A DNA stretch of 64,000 nucleotides from an uncultured Thermodesulfobacteriota bacterium (GTDB taxonomy: Bacteria > Desulfobacterota_D > UBA1144 > Nemesobacterales > UBA2774): positions 789,713 through 853,712 of the forward strand of contig CALOCI010000004.1 of the NCBI GenBank assembly GCA_942491865.1, in the 5' to 3' direction. The notes under the pieces were generated by a model. It saw nothing but the letters and a program-made list of their open reading frames with translations. It searched no databases and was not told the origin of the DNA. Shown piece after piece: positions 55,270-64,000 of this stretch. Numbering within the stretch: position 1 is the stretch's first letter; each line of letters begins with the position of its first letter. Both the position numbers and the translations under genes were made by a program.

Positions 55270-56955
55270 ATGGTAGAAGAGAAAAATTTTGCAGAACTAA
55301 TTGATGAAAGTATGAATGCACCCGAACAAGGGAAATTATTCACAGGAATAGTTGTCCACGTCGACAAGGAAGATGTATTTATTGATTTTGGCTCAAAAAC
55401 TGAGGGTGTTGCACCTACAGAAGAGTTTTTCGGAAAAAGTGGAGAACTTGAGGTAGAGGTTGGCGATGAAGTAGAAGTTATGTTGGAAAGATATGACCAC
55501 GGATTACCCAGGCTATCAAGAAGAAAAGCTGGCATGCTTCAAGAAAATAAAGCAATACAAGAAAAATTCGATAGCGGAGAGCTTCTAGAAGCGATAATTC
55601 TTCAAAAGGTCAAAGGGGGTTTTATGACCGATATTGGAGAAAAAACAGAAATTAGGGCCTTTCTACCTGCTTCGCAGTTAGATATCCGACCACAAAAAGA
55701 TCTTGACCAATTTGTAGGACAGAAGCTAGAAGTAAGAATAATAAAGTTTACAAATAGGGATATTGTAGTCTCAAGAAGAGTATTCTTAGAAGAGCAAAGA
55801 GAAGTATTAAAAAAAGAGACCCTATCCAAACTTGAAGAAGGGATGGAAATTCAAGGAAAGGTTGTAAATATTATTAACCAAGGAGCATTTGTCGACTTGG
55901 GAGGATTAGAAGGATTCATTCCGATAAGTGAGATCTCTTGGGGAAGAATAAACCACCCAAGTGATGTTATTTCGGCAGACCAAGAAATAAATACAAAAAT
56001 ATTGAGCATACAGGGCGAGGAAAAAGTTACCCTAAGTCATAAAGCAGTAACACCGGACCCATGGGATACAGTAAGCCAAAGATATCAAGCGGGAAACCAA
56101 GTTAAAGGTAAAGTAGCTTCCTTAATGGATTTTGGAGTTTTCGTTCAGCTAGAACCCGGAATAGAGGGTCTTGTTCATGTCTCAGAGATAACCTGGACAA
56201 AAAGTTTTAGACACCCTAAAGAAGTAGTTGAGTCCGGAAATATGGTTGATGCAATAGTAATTGATGTTAATCCAGAGAATAGACGAATTTCACTAAGCCT
56301 AAAACAAATTGAACCTAGCCCTTGGCAGCTGTTTAAAAAAGACAATCCTCCAAAATCAGTATTGAAAGGAATTATAAGAAATGTTACGGATAGAGGAGTT
56401 TTTGTAGAAGTTGCAGATAATATTGTAGGACTTTTAAGACCTGATAATATTTCTTGGGCAGGAAGAGTTGACCCTGAAGAAGCTTATAAAAAAGGCGACG
56501 AGATAGATGTTGTTGTATTAAATGTCGATGAGAAAAACGAAAGGATCGGACTTGGTGTAAAACAGCTAAGCAGTGATCCTTGGGATAACGCACAAAAGAA
56601 ATACAAACAAGGACAATCTGCAGTTACCGGTAAAGTTAAGGAAGTTAAGGACAGGGGAGTTGTTATAGAGCTCGATGATAATATCGAAGGATACATTAGA
56701 GCTAACGAACTTGGCCAGGATAAAGACGATACTGACGCGCTAAAGAAACTCAACCCGGGTGATGAAATTACCGCCCAGGTAGTTGGTTTTGATAGAAGAA
56801 ACAGACAAGTGAATTTAAGCGTTAAAAGACATACTCAGAAACTCGAAAAAGAGAGAGTCTCCAACTTCAACTCTTCACAGGCAGAGCCGAGTGCCACACT
56901 TGGTGATCTTCTTGGTGAAAAACTAAAAGTAATTAGTACCGACGAGGGAGGCTAG
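55270..56955 (+). CDS. rpsA: 30S ribosomal protein S1
   Basis: 561 aa with six S1-domain repeats ('G.V..I...GAFVDLGG.EGFI'). Confidence 0.95.
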   Translation: MVEEKNFAELIDESMNAPEQGKLFTGIVVHVDKEDVFIDFGSKTEGVAPTEEFFGKSGELEVEVGDEVEVMLERYDHGLPRLSRRKAGMLQENKAIQEKFDSGELLEAIILQKVKGGFMTDIGEKTEIRAFLPASQLDIRPQKDLDQFVGQKLEVRIIKFTNRDIVVSRRVFLEEQREVLKKETLSKLEEGMEIQGKVVNIINQGAFVDLGGLEGFIPISEISWGRINHPSDVISADQEINTKILSIQGEEKVTLSHKAVTPDPWDTVSQRYQAGNQVKGKVASLMDFGVFVQLEPGIEGLVHVSEITWTKSFRHPKEVVESGNMVDAIVIDVNPENRRISLSLKQIEPSPWQLFKKDNPPKSVLKGIIRNVTDRGVFVEVADNIVGLLRPDNISWAGRVDPEEAYKKGDEIDVVVLNVDEKNERIGLGVKQLSSDPWDNAQKKYKQGQSAVTGKVKEVKDRGVVIELDDNIEGYIRANELGQDKDDTDALKKLNPGDEITAQVVGFDRRNRQVNLSVKRHTQKLEKERVSNFNSSQAEPSATLGDLLGEKLKVISTDEGG

Positions 56956-56957
56956 AA

Positions 56958-57839
56958 GTGAGGGGATTCTTCCTTGCAATAGTCTTACTCTTTCTATTTG
57001 TTTTTATATTTCTTGCTGGAATTGGAAGCGCCCTTTTGTTATCAGGAAAAGGGAGCTTTTCTTCAGGAGATAAAGTTGCCGTATTAAGAGTCGAAGATGT
57101 AATTATTGATTCGCAAATTTATCTCGACAGCATAGAAACCATATCCAAAGACGACAAAGTCAAAGCGCTTGTAGTAAGAATAGATTCTCCTGGTGGTGCA
57201 GTCGGGCCTTCGCAAGAAATATATAGCGAACTCAAGGAACTAGGCAAAGAAATTCCAATTATAGCAAGCATAGGCGGAGTTGGGGCTTCAGGTGGCTACT
57301 ATATAGCTTGTGCTGCTGAAAAGATCTATGCCAACCCGGGAGCAATTACAGGCAGTATTGGAGTTATTGCTCAGTTTGCGAGCTATGAAAAATTACTCAA
57401 CTGGGCGAAGATAGATGTTGAGGTAATTAAAAGCGGTAAATATAAAGATGTCGGTTCTGCATTTAGGGAGATGAGCGACGCTGATAAAGAGTATATACAG
57501 CAGCTTATTGATAACGTTTATGACCAGTTTAAATCTGTTGTTGCTACATCAAGAAATCTAGATACTAAGCAGATAGATAGTGTTGCAGACGGGAAAATAT
57601 ATACCGGCGAGCAGGCTCTAAATCTTAAATTAATAGACGAGCTTGGAACAATTAATGATGCAATTACAGTTGCAGGTAATTTAGGCGGAATACAAGGCGA
57701 TCCAGAGGTAATAAATTTCCCCAAAAAGAAATCCAAACTCTATGATTTGCTGAACTCAAAAATCGATACGAATATTTTGACAAGTGTCCCGATAAAATCA
57801 CGTTTTGGACTTTTCTATCTTGTCGATATAATTAATTGA
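56958..57839 (+). CDS. sppA: Signal peptide peptidase SppA, 36K type
   Basis: 'IDSPGG', 'GVGASGGYYIA' and 'KSGKYKD'. GTG start 5 nt after GGAGG. Confidence 0.88.
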   Translation: MRGFFLAIVLLFLFVFIFLAGIGSALLLSGKGSFSSGDKVAVLRVEDVIIDSQIYLDSIETISKDDKVKALVVRIDSPGGAVGPSQEIYSELKELGKEIPIIASIGGVGASGGYYIACAAEKIYANPGAITGSIGVIAQFASYEKLLNWAKIDVEVIKSGKYKDVGSAFREMSDADKEYIQQLIDNVYDQFKSVVATSRNLDTKQIDSVADGKIYTGEQALNLKLIDELGTINDAITVAGNLGGIQGDPEVINFPKKKSKLYDLLNSKIDTNILTSVPIKSRFGLFYLVDIIN

Positions 57840-57841
57840 AT

Positions 57842-58321
57842 ATGAAAACGCTTTGGGCTCCTTGGAGAATTGAATATATAACCGGGGAAAAAGAAAAAGG
57901 ATGTATTTTTTGTGATAAGCCTAATGAAGGAAATGACGAAGAAAACCTTATTCTATTTAAAGGCGAACACAGTTTCATAATTATGAATCGTTATCCATAT
58001 TCAAACGGACATCTTATGGCTGTTCCTTACAAACATACAAGCAATATGTCTGAACTTGACGAGAACGAAAGACTTGAGCTAATGAATTTAACAACGAAAT
58101 GTATTGAAATATTAGATATAATGAAACCAGACGGTTTTAATGTAGGAATGAATTTGGGCACAGCGGGTGGCGCTGGTATTGATGATCATTTACATTTCCA
58201 TATAGTTCCCAGGTGGAATGGGGACACCAATTTTATGCCGTTAATTGGAGATGTAAAGATAATGCCTGAGTACTTGCACGACACATATAAAACCCTTAGT
58301 GAGCAAATAAAAAATAATTGA
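57842..58321 (+). CDS. HIT-family nucleotide hydrolase/transferase
   Basis: 'CIFC', 'NRYPYSNGHLM' and the histidine triad 'HLHFHIVPR'. Confidence 0.8.
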   Translation: MKTLWAPWRIEYITGEKEKGCIFCDKPNEGNDEENLILFKGEHSFIIMNRYPYSNGHLMAVPYKHTSNMSELDENERLELMNLTTKCIEILDIMKPDGFNVGMNLGTAGGAGIDDHLHFHIVPRWNGDTNFMPLIGDVKIMPEYLHDTYKTLSEQIKNN

Positions 58322-58331
58322 GAGGTGAGCA

Positions 58332-58715
58332 ATGAGATTCATTAGATTAATAATAATAGTTTTGATTATAGTATTTTTCGCAATTATCTACACACAGAAC
58401 CTTGAAGTATTCACACACCAATTCCAGCTACAGATGGACTTAAACCAGTACATGGTTGGCCCTTACGTCACTAAGAACATCGTGCTCATCCTGTCTGCTT
58501 TTGTGCTTGGAGTGATTGTAGCGCTCATTTTTGGTGCTCTTCAATCAATCTCTGCCAGTTCTGATTCGAGACAAAAAAGTAGAAGAATAAAAGAGCTAGA
58601 AGCCCAAGTAAATGAGTTATCACAGAATCCTAAAACTCTTATAGAAGCTCCTGAACCACAAAGCTCAAGTTCATCATCCAGCTCTGAATCAAGTCCTTTT
58701 ACACCGCCGTCTTAA
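58332..58715 (+). CDS. LapA-domain (DUF1049) inner-membrane protein with a Ser-rich tail
   Basis: Two TM helices followed by the coiled segment 'RRIKELEAQVNEL'. Confidence 0.7.
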   Translation: MRFIRLIIIVLIIVFFAIIYTQNLEVFTHQFQLQMDLNQYMVGPYVTKNIVLILSAFVLGVIVALIFGALQSISASSDSRQKSRRIKELEAQVNELSQNPKTLIEAPEPQSSSSSSSSESSPFTPPS

Positions 58716-58800
58716 TGAACTTTATTATAGGCTAATTAATAGGAGACAAAGCAGGGGATATTTTAGTCCCAACAATTGGAGCTGAGATTACAAGATAAAT

Positions 58801-59778
58801 ATGCGTAATGGAAAACCAAGCTGGATTAAGGCAAAGCTTCCTTCCGGCAAGAATTATACACATCTTAAAAACCTGACAAAAGAACTTGGTCTTCATACAG
58901 TTTGCCAGGAAGCGCGCTGTCCAAATATAGGGGAGTGTTGGAGCGCTGGAACCCTCACATTTATGATATTGGGTGATACCTGCACGAGAAGCTGTGGTTT
59001 TTGTCATGTGAAAACTGGAAACGGTGGCGAGCTTGATTGGGAAGAGCCCAAGAGAGTAGCTCAGGCAGTACATAGCCTAACTGAGAATAACGCCAACATA
59101 ACCCACGTTGTAATCACTTCCGTAAACCGTGATGATAAAAACTTTGATAGCGCATGTATTTTTGCTGAAACTATCAAAACCGTAAGGGAATACAATCCTG
59201 AAGTTAAAATTGAAGTATTAATACCCGACTTTAAAGGTGATTCTCAAGCTCTTAGCCAGATACTCGAAGCAGGACCTGACGTACTTAATCACAATATAGA
59301 AACTGTACCCAGACTCTATCGTTTACAGCAGCTGACACAGAGCGGCAAGAAAAGATCTGTCCGCCCCCAAGCCAACTATGCATGGTCTTTGAAAGTTCTT
59401 TCTGATAGTAAAGAAAGAGGGAATAAAGATATGCTCACCAAATCAGGAATCATGGTCGGTCTGAGTGAGGAGATTGATGAAGTCCTCCAAACTTTAAGAG
59501 ACTTAAAAGATGTGGGGTGCGACATCGTAACAATTGGACAGTATTTGCAACCGACAATCGACCACTTACCGGTTTCTAAATTTTATCATCCGCTCGAGTT
59601 TGATTCATTAAAAACCTATGGTGAAAATGTAATCGGTATCCCACATATAGAAGCTGGCCCCTTAGTTAGAAGCTCTTACCATGCGGAGAAGCAGGTTCTT
59701 AAGCTAAGTACCGACTCAGTTGGTAGAGATCTTGATACTTCCGTTGAACCGTTTGTTTTAGAACAAAAAACTCCTTGA
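58801..59778 (+). CDS. lipA: Lipoyl synthase
   Basis: 'CQEARCPNIGEC' and radical-SAM 'CTRSCGFC'. Confidence 0.93.
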   Translation: MRNGKPSWIKAKLPSGKNYTHLKNLTKELGLHTVCQEARCPNIGECWSAGTLTFMILGDTCTRSCGFCHVKTGNGGELDWEEPKRVAQAVHSLTENNANITHVVITSVNRDDKNFDSACIFAETIKTVREYNPEVKIEVLIPDFKGDSQALSQILEAGPDVLNHNIETVPRLYRLQQLTQSGKKRSVRPQANYAWSLKVLSDSKERGNKDMLTKSGIMVGLSEEIDEVLQTLRDLKDVGCDIVTIGQYLQPTIDHLPVSKFYHPLEFDSLKTYGENVIGIPHIEAGPLVRSSYHAEKQVLKLSTDSVGRDLDTSVEPFVLEQKTP

Positions 59779-59811
59779 TAAATTCCTAAAAGCATTTAAC
59801 ATCTTTTCACT

Positions 59812-61017
59812 ATGAAATATGTAATCCTTCAAGGCGACGGAATGCCTGATCACCTGCTCCCAGAGCTTGGTGGAAAAACCCCTCTTGAGGTAGCCAATAC
59901 TCCAAATTTGGATAAAATCGCCAAATGCGCTATGAAATTCGGCATGGTTAAGACTATTCCTGATCCACTACCACCGGGTAGCGACGTTGGAAACCTAACT
60001 GTACTAGGATATGACCCTATGATCTACTACACTGGCAGGTCGCCTCTTGAAGCTGCCAGTATGGGCGTCTCACTTGGTACGACTGACGTTACTCTTAGAT
60101 GCAACTTGGTGACATTAGCCGGCGAAGGTGAAAGTAGGGTAATGGAGGATTATAGTGCAGGCCATATAACAACTGAGGAAGCAACAGAGCTCATCTTAGA
60201 CCTCAAGAAAGAACTAGAAGAAGATAACCTCAAACTACATCCAGGTGTCAGCTACAGGCATCTACTAGTATGGTCGAGTGGAAATAAAGAAATTGTGACC
60301 ACTCCACCCCATGACATATCTGGAAAAAATATTGAGACCCATTTCCCAAGCGGTGAGGGAGCTCAAAAATTAAAAGAACTTATTGAAAAATCTAGAGATA
60401 TTTTACGAGACCATCCGGTAAACAAAAAAAGAGTCCAAGAAGGAAAAAATCCTGCAAATAGTATATGGCTATGGGGGCAAGGTGTAGCGCCGACAATGCC
60501 TACATTTAAAGAGCTCTATGGCTTAACCGGATCTGTGATATCAGCAGTTGATCTCGTTAAAGGTATTGGAAAATATGCGGGGCTTGATGTAATAGATGTT
60601 CCAGGAGCCACTGGGTATCTCGATACAAATTACGAGGGTAAGGTCGATTATGCATTAAATTCCCTTGAAAAACTCGATTTAACGATGATTCATATTGAGT
60701 CTACAGACGAGACTGGACATATGGGTGATGCTAAGCTAAAAATACAGGCAATTGAAGATTTTGACGGCAGGGTTGTAGAGCGTGTGTTAGACGGAATTAA
60801 GAGATTTGGCGATTATAAAATTTTAGTTATGTCTGATCATCCTACTCCAATAGATATTAGAACTCATATAAACGAACCTGTTCCTTTTGCTATCTACAGC
60901 TCGGCAGATGAAAGTGTGAAAAACGATTCCTTTGTTTATACAGAAAATTCTGCCAGTACTTCTGATATATATGTAAGTGAAGGGTACAAACTTGTCAGCA
61001 TGTTAATTGAAGAGTAA
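59812..61017 (+). CDS. apgM: Cofactor-independent phosphoglycerate mutase, archaeal ApgM type
   Basis: 'MKYVILQGDGMPD', 'GSDVGNL' and 'HIESTDETGHMGD'. Confidence 0.85.
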   Translation: MKYVILQGDGMPDHLLPELGGKTPLEVANTPNLDKIAKCAMKFGMVKTIPDPLPPGSDVGNLTVLGYDPMIYYTGRSPLEAASMGVSLGTTDVTLRCNLVTLAGEGESRVMEDYSAGHITTEEATELILDLKKELEEDNLKLHPGVSYRHLLVWSSGNKEIVTTPPHDISGKNIETHFPSGEGAQKLKELIEKSRDILRDHPVNKKRVQEGKNPANSIWLWGQGVAPTMPTFKELYGLTGSVISAVDLVKGIGKYAGLDVIDVPGATGYLDTNYEGKVDYALNSLEKLDLTMIHIESTDETGHMGDAKLKIQAIEDFDGRVVERVLDGIKRFGDYKILVMSDHPTPIDIRTHINEPVPFAIYSSADESVKNDSFVYTENSASTSDIYVSEGYKLVSMLIEE

Positions 61018-61035
61018 AACTCCAGCTTAAATTAT

Positions 61036-61806
61036 TTAAGCCTCCTCGCTTTTTACCAAATCCCAAAGTTCATCCATTTCTTCCAGAGTAAGATCAGATA
61101 ATTGTTTGTCCATTTCCTGCGCCTTATCTTCAACCTTGCTAAATCTACTTATGAAACCGTCTATTGCTTTATGAGTGGTTTTTTCAGAGTCCAGTTTGAG
61201 ATGTCTTCCTAAATTAACAATTGAGAAAACGAGATCCCCCCATTCTTTCTCAATCCCGGGGCCATTATTATTTTTTATCTCTACTTCTAATTCTGATAAT
61301 TCTTCCTTTACTTTTGGGAGAACTTCCTCGGCACTTTTCCAGTCAAAACCGACCTGTGATGCTTTCTCTCCCACCCTATGAGCTCTTAGGAGGGACGGCA
61401 TAGTACGCGGGATTTCAAGCAGTCTTCTCTTTCTTGATTTTTCCTTAAGCTTTTGTTTATGCCAAATTTTGATCGCTTCTTCAGCGTCCTTAGCCTTCTC
61501 GTCTCCAAACACATGTGGATGTCTGCTAACAAGTTTAGTATGAAGCCTATCTACAACTTCATTTATATCGAACTCTCCGTCGTCTGATGCTATCTGAGAA
61601 GCGAATATAACCTGAAAGAAGAGATCACCCAGCTCCTCTATAATATCATCCTTATCTTCTAGTTCAATTGCCTGAACGGTCTCATATGCTTCTTCAATGA
61701 TATATCGTGTTACTGTTTCCAGTGACTGCTCCCTATCCCAAGGGCAGCCTTCAGGGCTTCTCAAATATCTTGAAAGTTCAACAAGATCATCAAAATTCTT
61801 TTTCAT
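61036..61806 (-). CDS. mazG: Nucleoside triphosphate pyrophosphohydrolase MazG
   Basis: 'CPWDREQ' and tandem 'EE.YE...AI' / 'ELGDL.F' MazG motifs. AAGGAAG RBS before the ATG at 61806. Confidence 0.88.
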   Translation of the reverse strand: MKKNFDDLVELSRYLRSPEGCPWDREQSLETVTRYIIEEAYETVQAIELEDKDDIIEELGDLFFQVIFASQIASDDGEFDINEVVDRLHTKLVSRHPHVFGDEKAKDAEEAIKIWHKQKLKEKSRKRRLLEIPRTMPSLLRAHRVGEKASQVGFDWKSAEEVLPKVKEELSELEVEIKNNNGPGIEKEWGDLVFSIVNLGRHLKLDSEKTTHKAIDGFISRFSKVEDKAQEMDKQLSDLTLEEMDELWDLVKSEEA

Positions 61807-61925
61807 TTTTTCTTCCTTAAACTTTATTATGTCTAAAAACTCTATATGAATATTATGCTGATACAAGAGAATAAGAGTCTAGTATTAAGATTAAGAAAAA
61901 ATAAAGCTTTAAGGATGGTTTTTAT

Positions 61926-63059
61926 TTAGACTTTAACTCTAAAACGTTTTGGATATTTGGTAAGATTTGTACAACCGTCTTTTTCAACAACAACAACATC
62001 TTCAATCCTGATACCACCTAGCTTCTCATAATATAGTCCGGGCTCTACCGTAACAACATTTCCTTCTCTGAGAATTTCATCACCCATTCCAATACGTGGT
62101 GGCTCATGTATCTCAAGCCCAAGACCGTGACCTGTGGAATGTATGAATCCCTGTTGCTTTCCATTAAGGTTTCCTGTTTCAAAGCCCTGTTCGTTGAAAT
62201 AATCAACAATAGCCATGTGAACTTCTTTTGATTTCACACCGTCTTTTATCATACCAATTCCAAGCTTCTGACCATTTAGGACGGTATTGTACATTTTTAC
62301 TAATTTCTCAGACGGCTCGCCTCTAATTACAGTCCTTGTCATATCACCAAAAAAACCAGTCTCTTGAGACCTTGGGAAGATATCGATTACTAGGGGTTTA
62401 TCTGCAAAAATAGGCCCTTCTCCGCTGTGATGAGGCATAGAGGAATGAACGCCCGAGGCTACAATTGTATGAGATGCATTGTATCCCATCCTGGAGAGCT
62501 CAGCGCTAATCTCACCCTTTATCTTCTCTGAAGTGAGTATTTGACCATTAATGTAGAGTTTGTTTCTCTTGATTTCTGAAGAAGCTACTATCCTTATGGC
62601 TAGGTCCATTGCTCTTGCTGTTTTTCTTACAGCGTCCTTGAGAAAGTTAACCTCTTGAGGAGTCTTTATAAGACGCTCTTTAAAGAAAGGGTCTTCTTCG
62701 CTGACCTTAATTGTATACCCGCGCTTCCTTAATTCATCGGCATACTTTATTGAAAACATTCCTGGAACAAGTGCCTTTTTTATATTTAGATCTATGAGCA
62801 CCTCTTCCACTATGTCTACAAATCTGATCCGCCTTCGTTTTTTAGAAACAAGTTTCTTTTGGTATTCTGAAAGAGATAAAATTGTGTCAACAGTAGCATC
62901 TTCATTGCCTCTATCAATTTCAAGATCACTAAGAACAAGTATCTTTTCCCCCTTATGTTCTATATAAATAACAGGGTCAGGAACAAAAAAGTTGGTCCTG
63001 TAATGAAGGTCTGCATTGTTTTCAGTTGTATCAATTATTAGTAAAGTGTCCTTACTCAT
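61926..63059 (-). CDS. M24-family Xaa-Pro aminopeptidase/dipeptidase
   Basis: 'DMTRT', 'HSTGHGLGLEIHE', 'VEPG' and 'GGIRIED'. Confidence 0.88.
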   Translation of the reverse strand: MSKDTLLIIDTTENNADLHYRTNFFVPDPVIYIEHKGEKILVLSDLEIDRGNEDATVDTILSLSEYQKKLVSKKRRRIRFVDIVEEVLIDLNIKKALVPGMFSIKYADELRKRGYTIKVSEEDPFFKERLIKTPQEVNFLKDAVRKTARAMDLAIRIVASSEIKRNKLYINGQILTSEKIKGEISAELSRMGYNASHTIVASGVHSSMPHHSGEGPIFADKPLVIDIFPRSQETGFFGDMTRTVIRGEPSEKLVKMYNTVLNGQKLGIGMIKDGVKSKEVHMAIVDYFNEQGFETGNLNGKQQGFIHSTGHGLGLEIHEPPRIGMGDEILREGNVVTVEPGLYYEKLGGIRIEDVVVVEKDGCTNLTKYPKRFRVKV

Positions 63060-63209
63060 TACAAAAACTATACACAACGACCGATCTAAATATCAAGAGA
63101 GGCTATATATCATAATGAAAATAAGAAATTGATTCTAATTTTAAACTAGACACATGTTATAATTAAAAGGCTTAATCGGCAAAAAATAAAAAGAACAATA
63201 GAGGGCACT

Positions 63210-63653
63210 ATGAACAACAGAATTGGTTTCTTTATTTTAATATTGATCGCTTTCATATTTTCATTAATTGGACCTGTTGATCCCGTAGATGCGGGAGAGG
63301 CTAAAAAAATCTCAGTCAACGAGATTTGTGAGTCTAATATGGACGAACCTATGGGTGGGGATAATCTATATAAAGACAAAACTGTTCAAACCAGTATAGA
63401 GATAAATATGGTTAAAAAAATTCATTCCTTATGCAATGACACACCTGAGGGAACATTTACAGTGGAATTTACTACGAAGGGTGAAAGAGTAGTTCAGTGT
63501 TTCTGCAATGCCCCTGATCAAAAGAGCATTCTAGAAACTTCAAAAGGCAGCACTGTCAATATTGAAGGCACTTTTAAATCCATGACTGCTTCATTTTTTG
63601 AAACTGAATCTAAACAATGCACTATAACTATTCAAAATTGTACTTTTAATTAA
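63210..63653 (+). CDS. Small secreted Cys-containing hypothetical protein
   Basis: Signal peptide 'FFILILIAFIFSLIGPVDPVDA'. No recognised family. Confidence 0.45.
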   Translation: MNNRIGFFILILIAFIFSLIGPVDPVDAGEAKKISVNEICESNMDEPMGGDNLYKDKTVQTSIEINMVKKIHSLCNDTPEGTFTVEFTTKGERVVQCFCNAPDQKSILETSKGSTVNIEGTFKSMTASFFETESKQCTITIQNCTFN

Positions 63654-63655
63654 TT

Positions 63656-64000
63656 ATGATTACATCCTTAAAGTTTTTATATTCGTTATCGTTAACTTTC
63701 TGGATAGGAAGCATCTTCTTTCTTTCTATGTTTGCCGCTCCAAGTATTTTTAAGATGTTAACTCGCGAGCAGGCAGGGAACGTAGTTTCAGATATATTTC
63801 CCAAATATTACATGGTCTCCTACATCTGCGGAGTAGTAGCTCTGATATCTTCAATTGCTCTTATATATTTTTGGAGCACCTTTTCTTCCACAAATAGCAT
63901 CATAAGAATATCCATCTTGTTCATCATGCTTGGACTGGCTATTTATGCTGGAGAGGTGAATAGGCCTGAGGCTCATAAAGTCAGAACAGAGATGAGGGGT
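63656..64000 (+). CDS. Partial (3'-truncated by the window) membrane protein, DUF4149/TMEM205-like
   Basis: My translation from the ATG at 63656 is 'MITSLKFLYSLSLTFWIGSIFFLSMFAAPSIFKML...FPKYYMVSYICG...'. It stays open to the window end and is absent from the ORF track because no stop codon is reached. Confidence 0.5.
   Translation, partial: MITSLKFLYSLSLTFWIGSIFFLSMFAAPSIFKMLTREQAGNVVSDIFPKYYMVSYICGVVALISSIALIYFWSTFSSTNSIIRISILFIMLGLAIYAGEVNRPEAHKVRTEMRG

Noticed and set aside
1-64000. Searched for mobile elements, tRNA/rRNA/tmRNA/SRP RNA genes, CRISPR arrays, toxin-antitoxin or defence-system genes
   Set aside because: By eye I found no integrase, transposase or recombinase-like ORFs, no tRNA-like T-arm/acceptor patterns in intergenic DNA, no spaced direct repeats, and no recognisable defence domains. 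A tRNAscan/Infernal/PADLOC run would be needed to be definitive.

Overview
Visibly AT-rich, gene-dense chromosomal segment with about 66 protein-coding genes. I found no rRNA or tRNA genes, no CRISPR array, and no transposase, integrase or phage genes. OprB, a TonB-dependent receptor, LapA and several lipobox lipoproteins indicate a diderm (Gram-negative-type) bacterium, probably an uncultivated or environmental lineage (inference).

Most of the window is housekeeping: rpmB, acs, uppP, uvrA, a maf-yggS-proC-yggT cluster, fabH, aroA-cmk-rpsA-sppA, lipA, apgM and mazG.

Four parts are less ordinary:
1. Metal-uptake island, 1-10.3 kb. A Fur-family regulator has a perfect 21-bp palindrome on its own promoter. 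It is followed by CbiM-CbiQ-CbiO with no CbiN/NikN gene, a translationally coupled small His/CxxC membrane ORF, a coiled-coil beta-barrel outer-membrane protein, ZnuA-ZnuC-ZnuB and a nuclease-like lipoprotein. Next to these lie a His-motif lipoprotein and a Met-rich periplasmic protein.
2. Two secreted acidic proteins ending in IPTL-CTERM-like sorting signals (13.4-14.6 kb and 28.9-30.9 kb). The second carries five tandem six-cysteine modules that I cannot assign to a named domain.
3. A cobalamin-riboswitch-controlled B12 uptake locus, 40.8-48.2 kb: btuB, a beta-propeller lipoprotein, a signal-less BtuF-like protein, then btuF-btuD-btuC.
4. Three F420-associated genes: an Fno/NpdG-type reductase and a divergent pair of LLM oxidoreductases.

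All functional calls come from motifs read by eye in the supplied translations. No database search was run.
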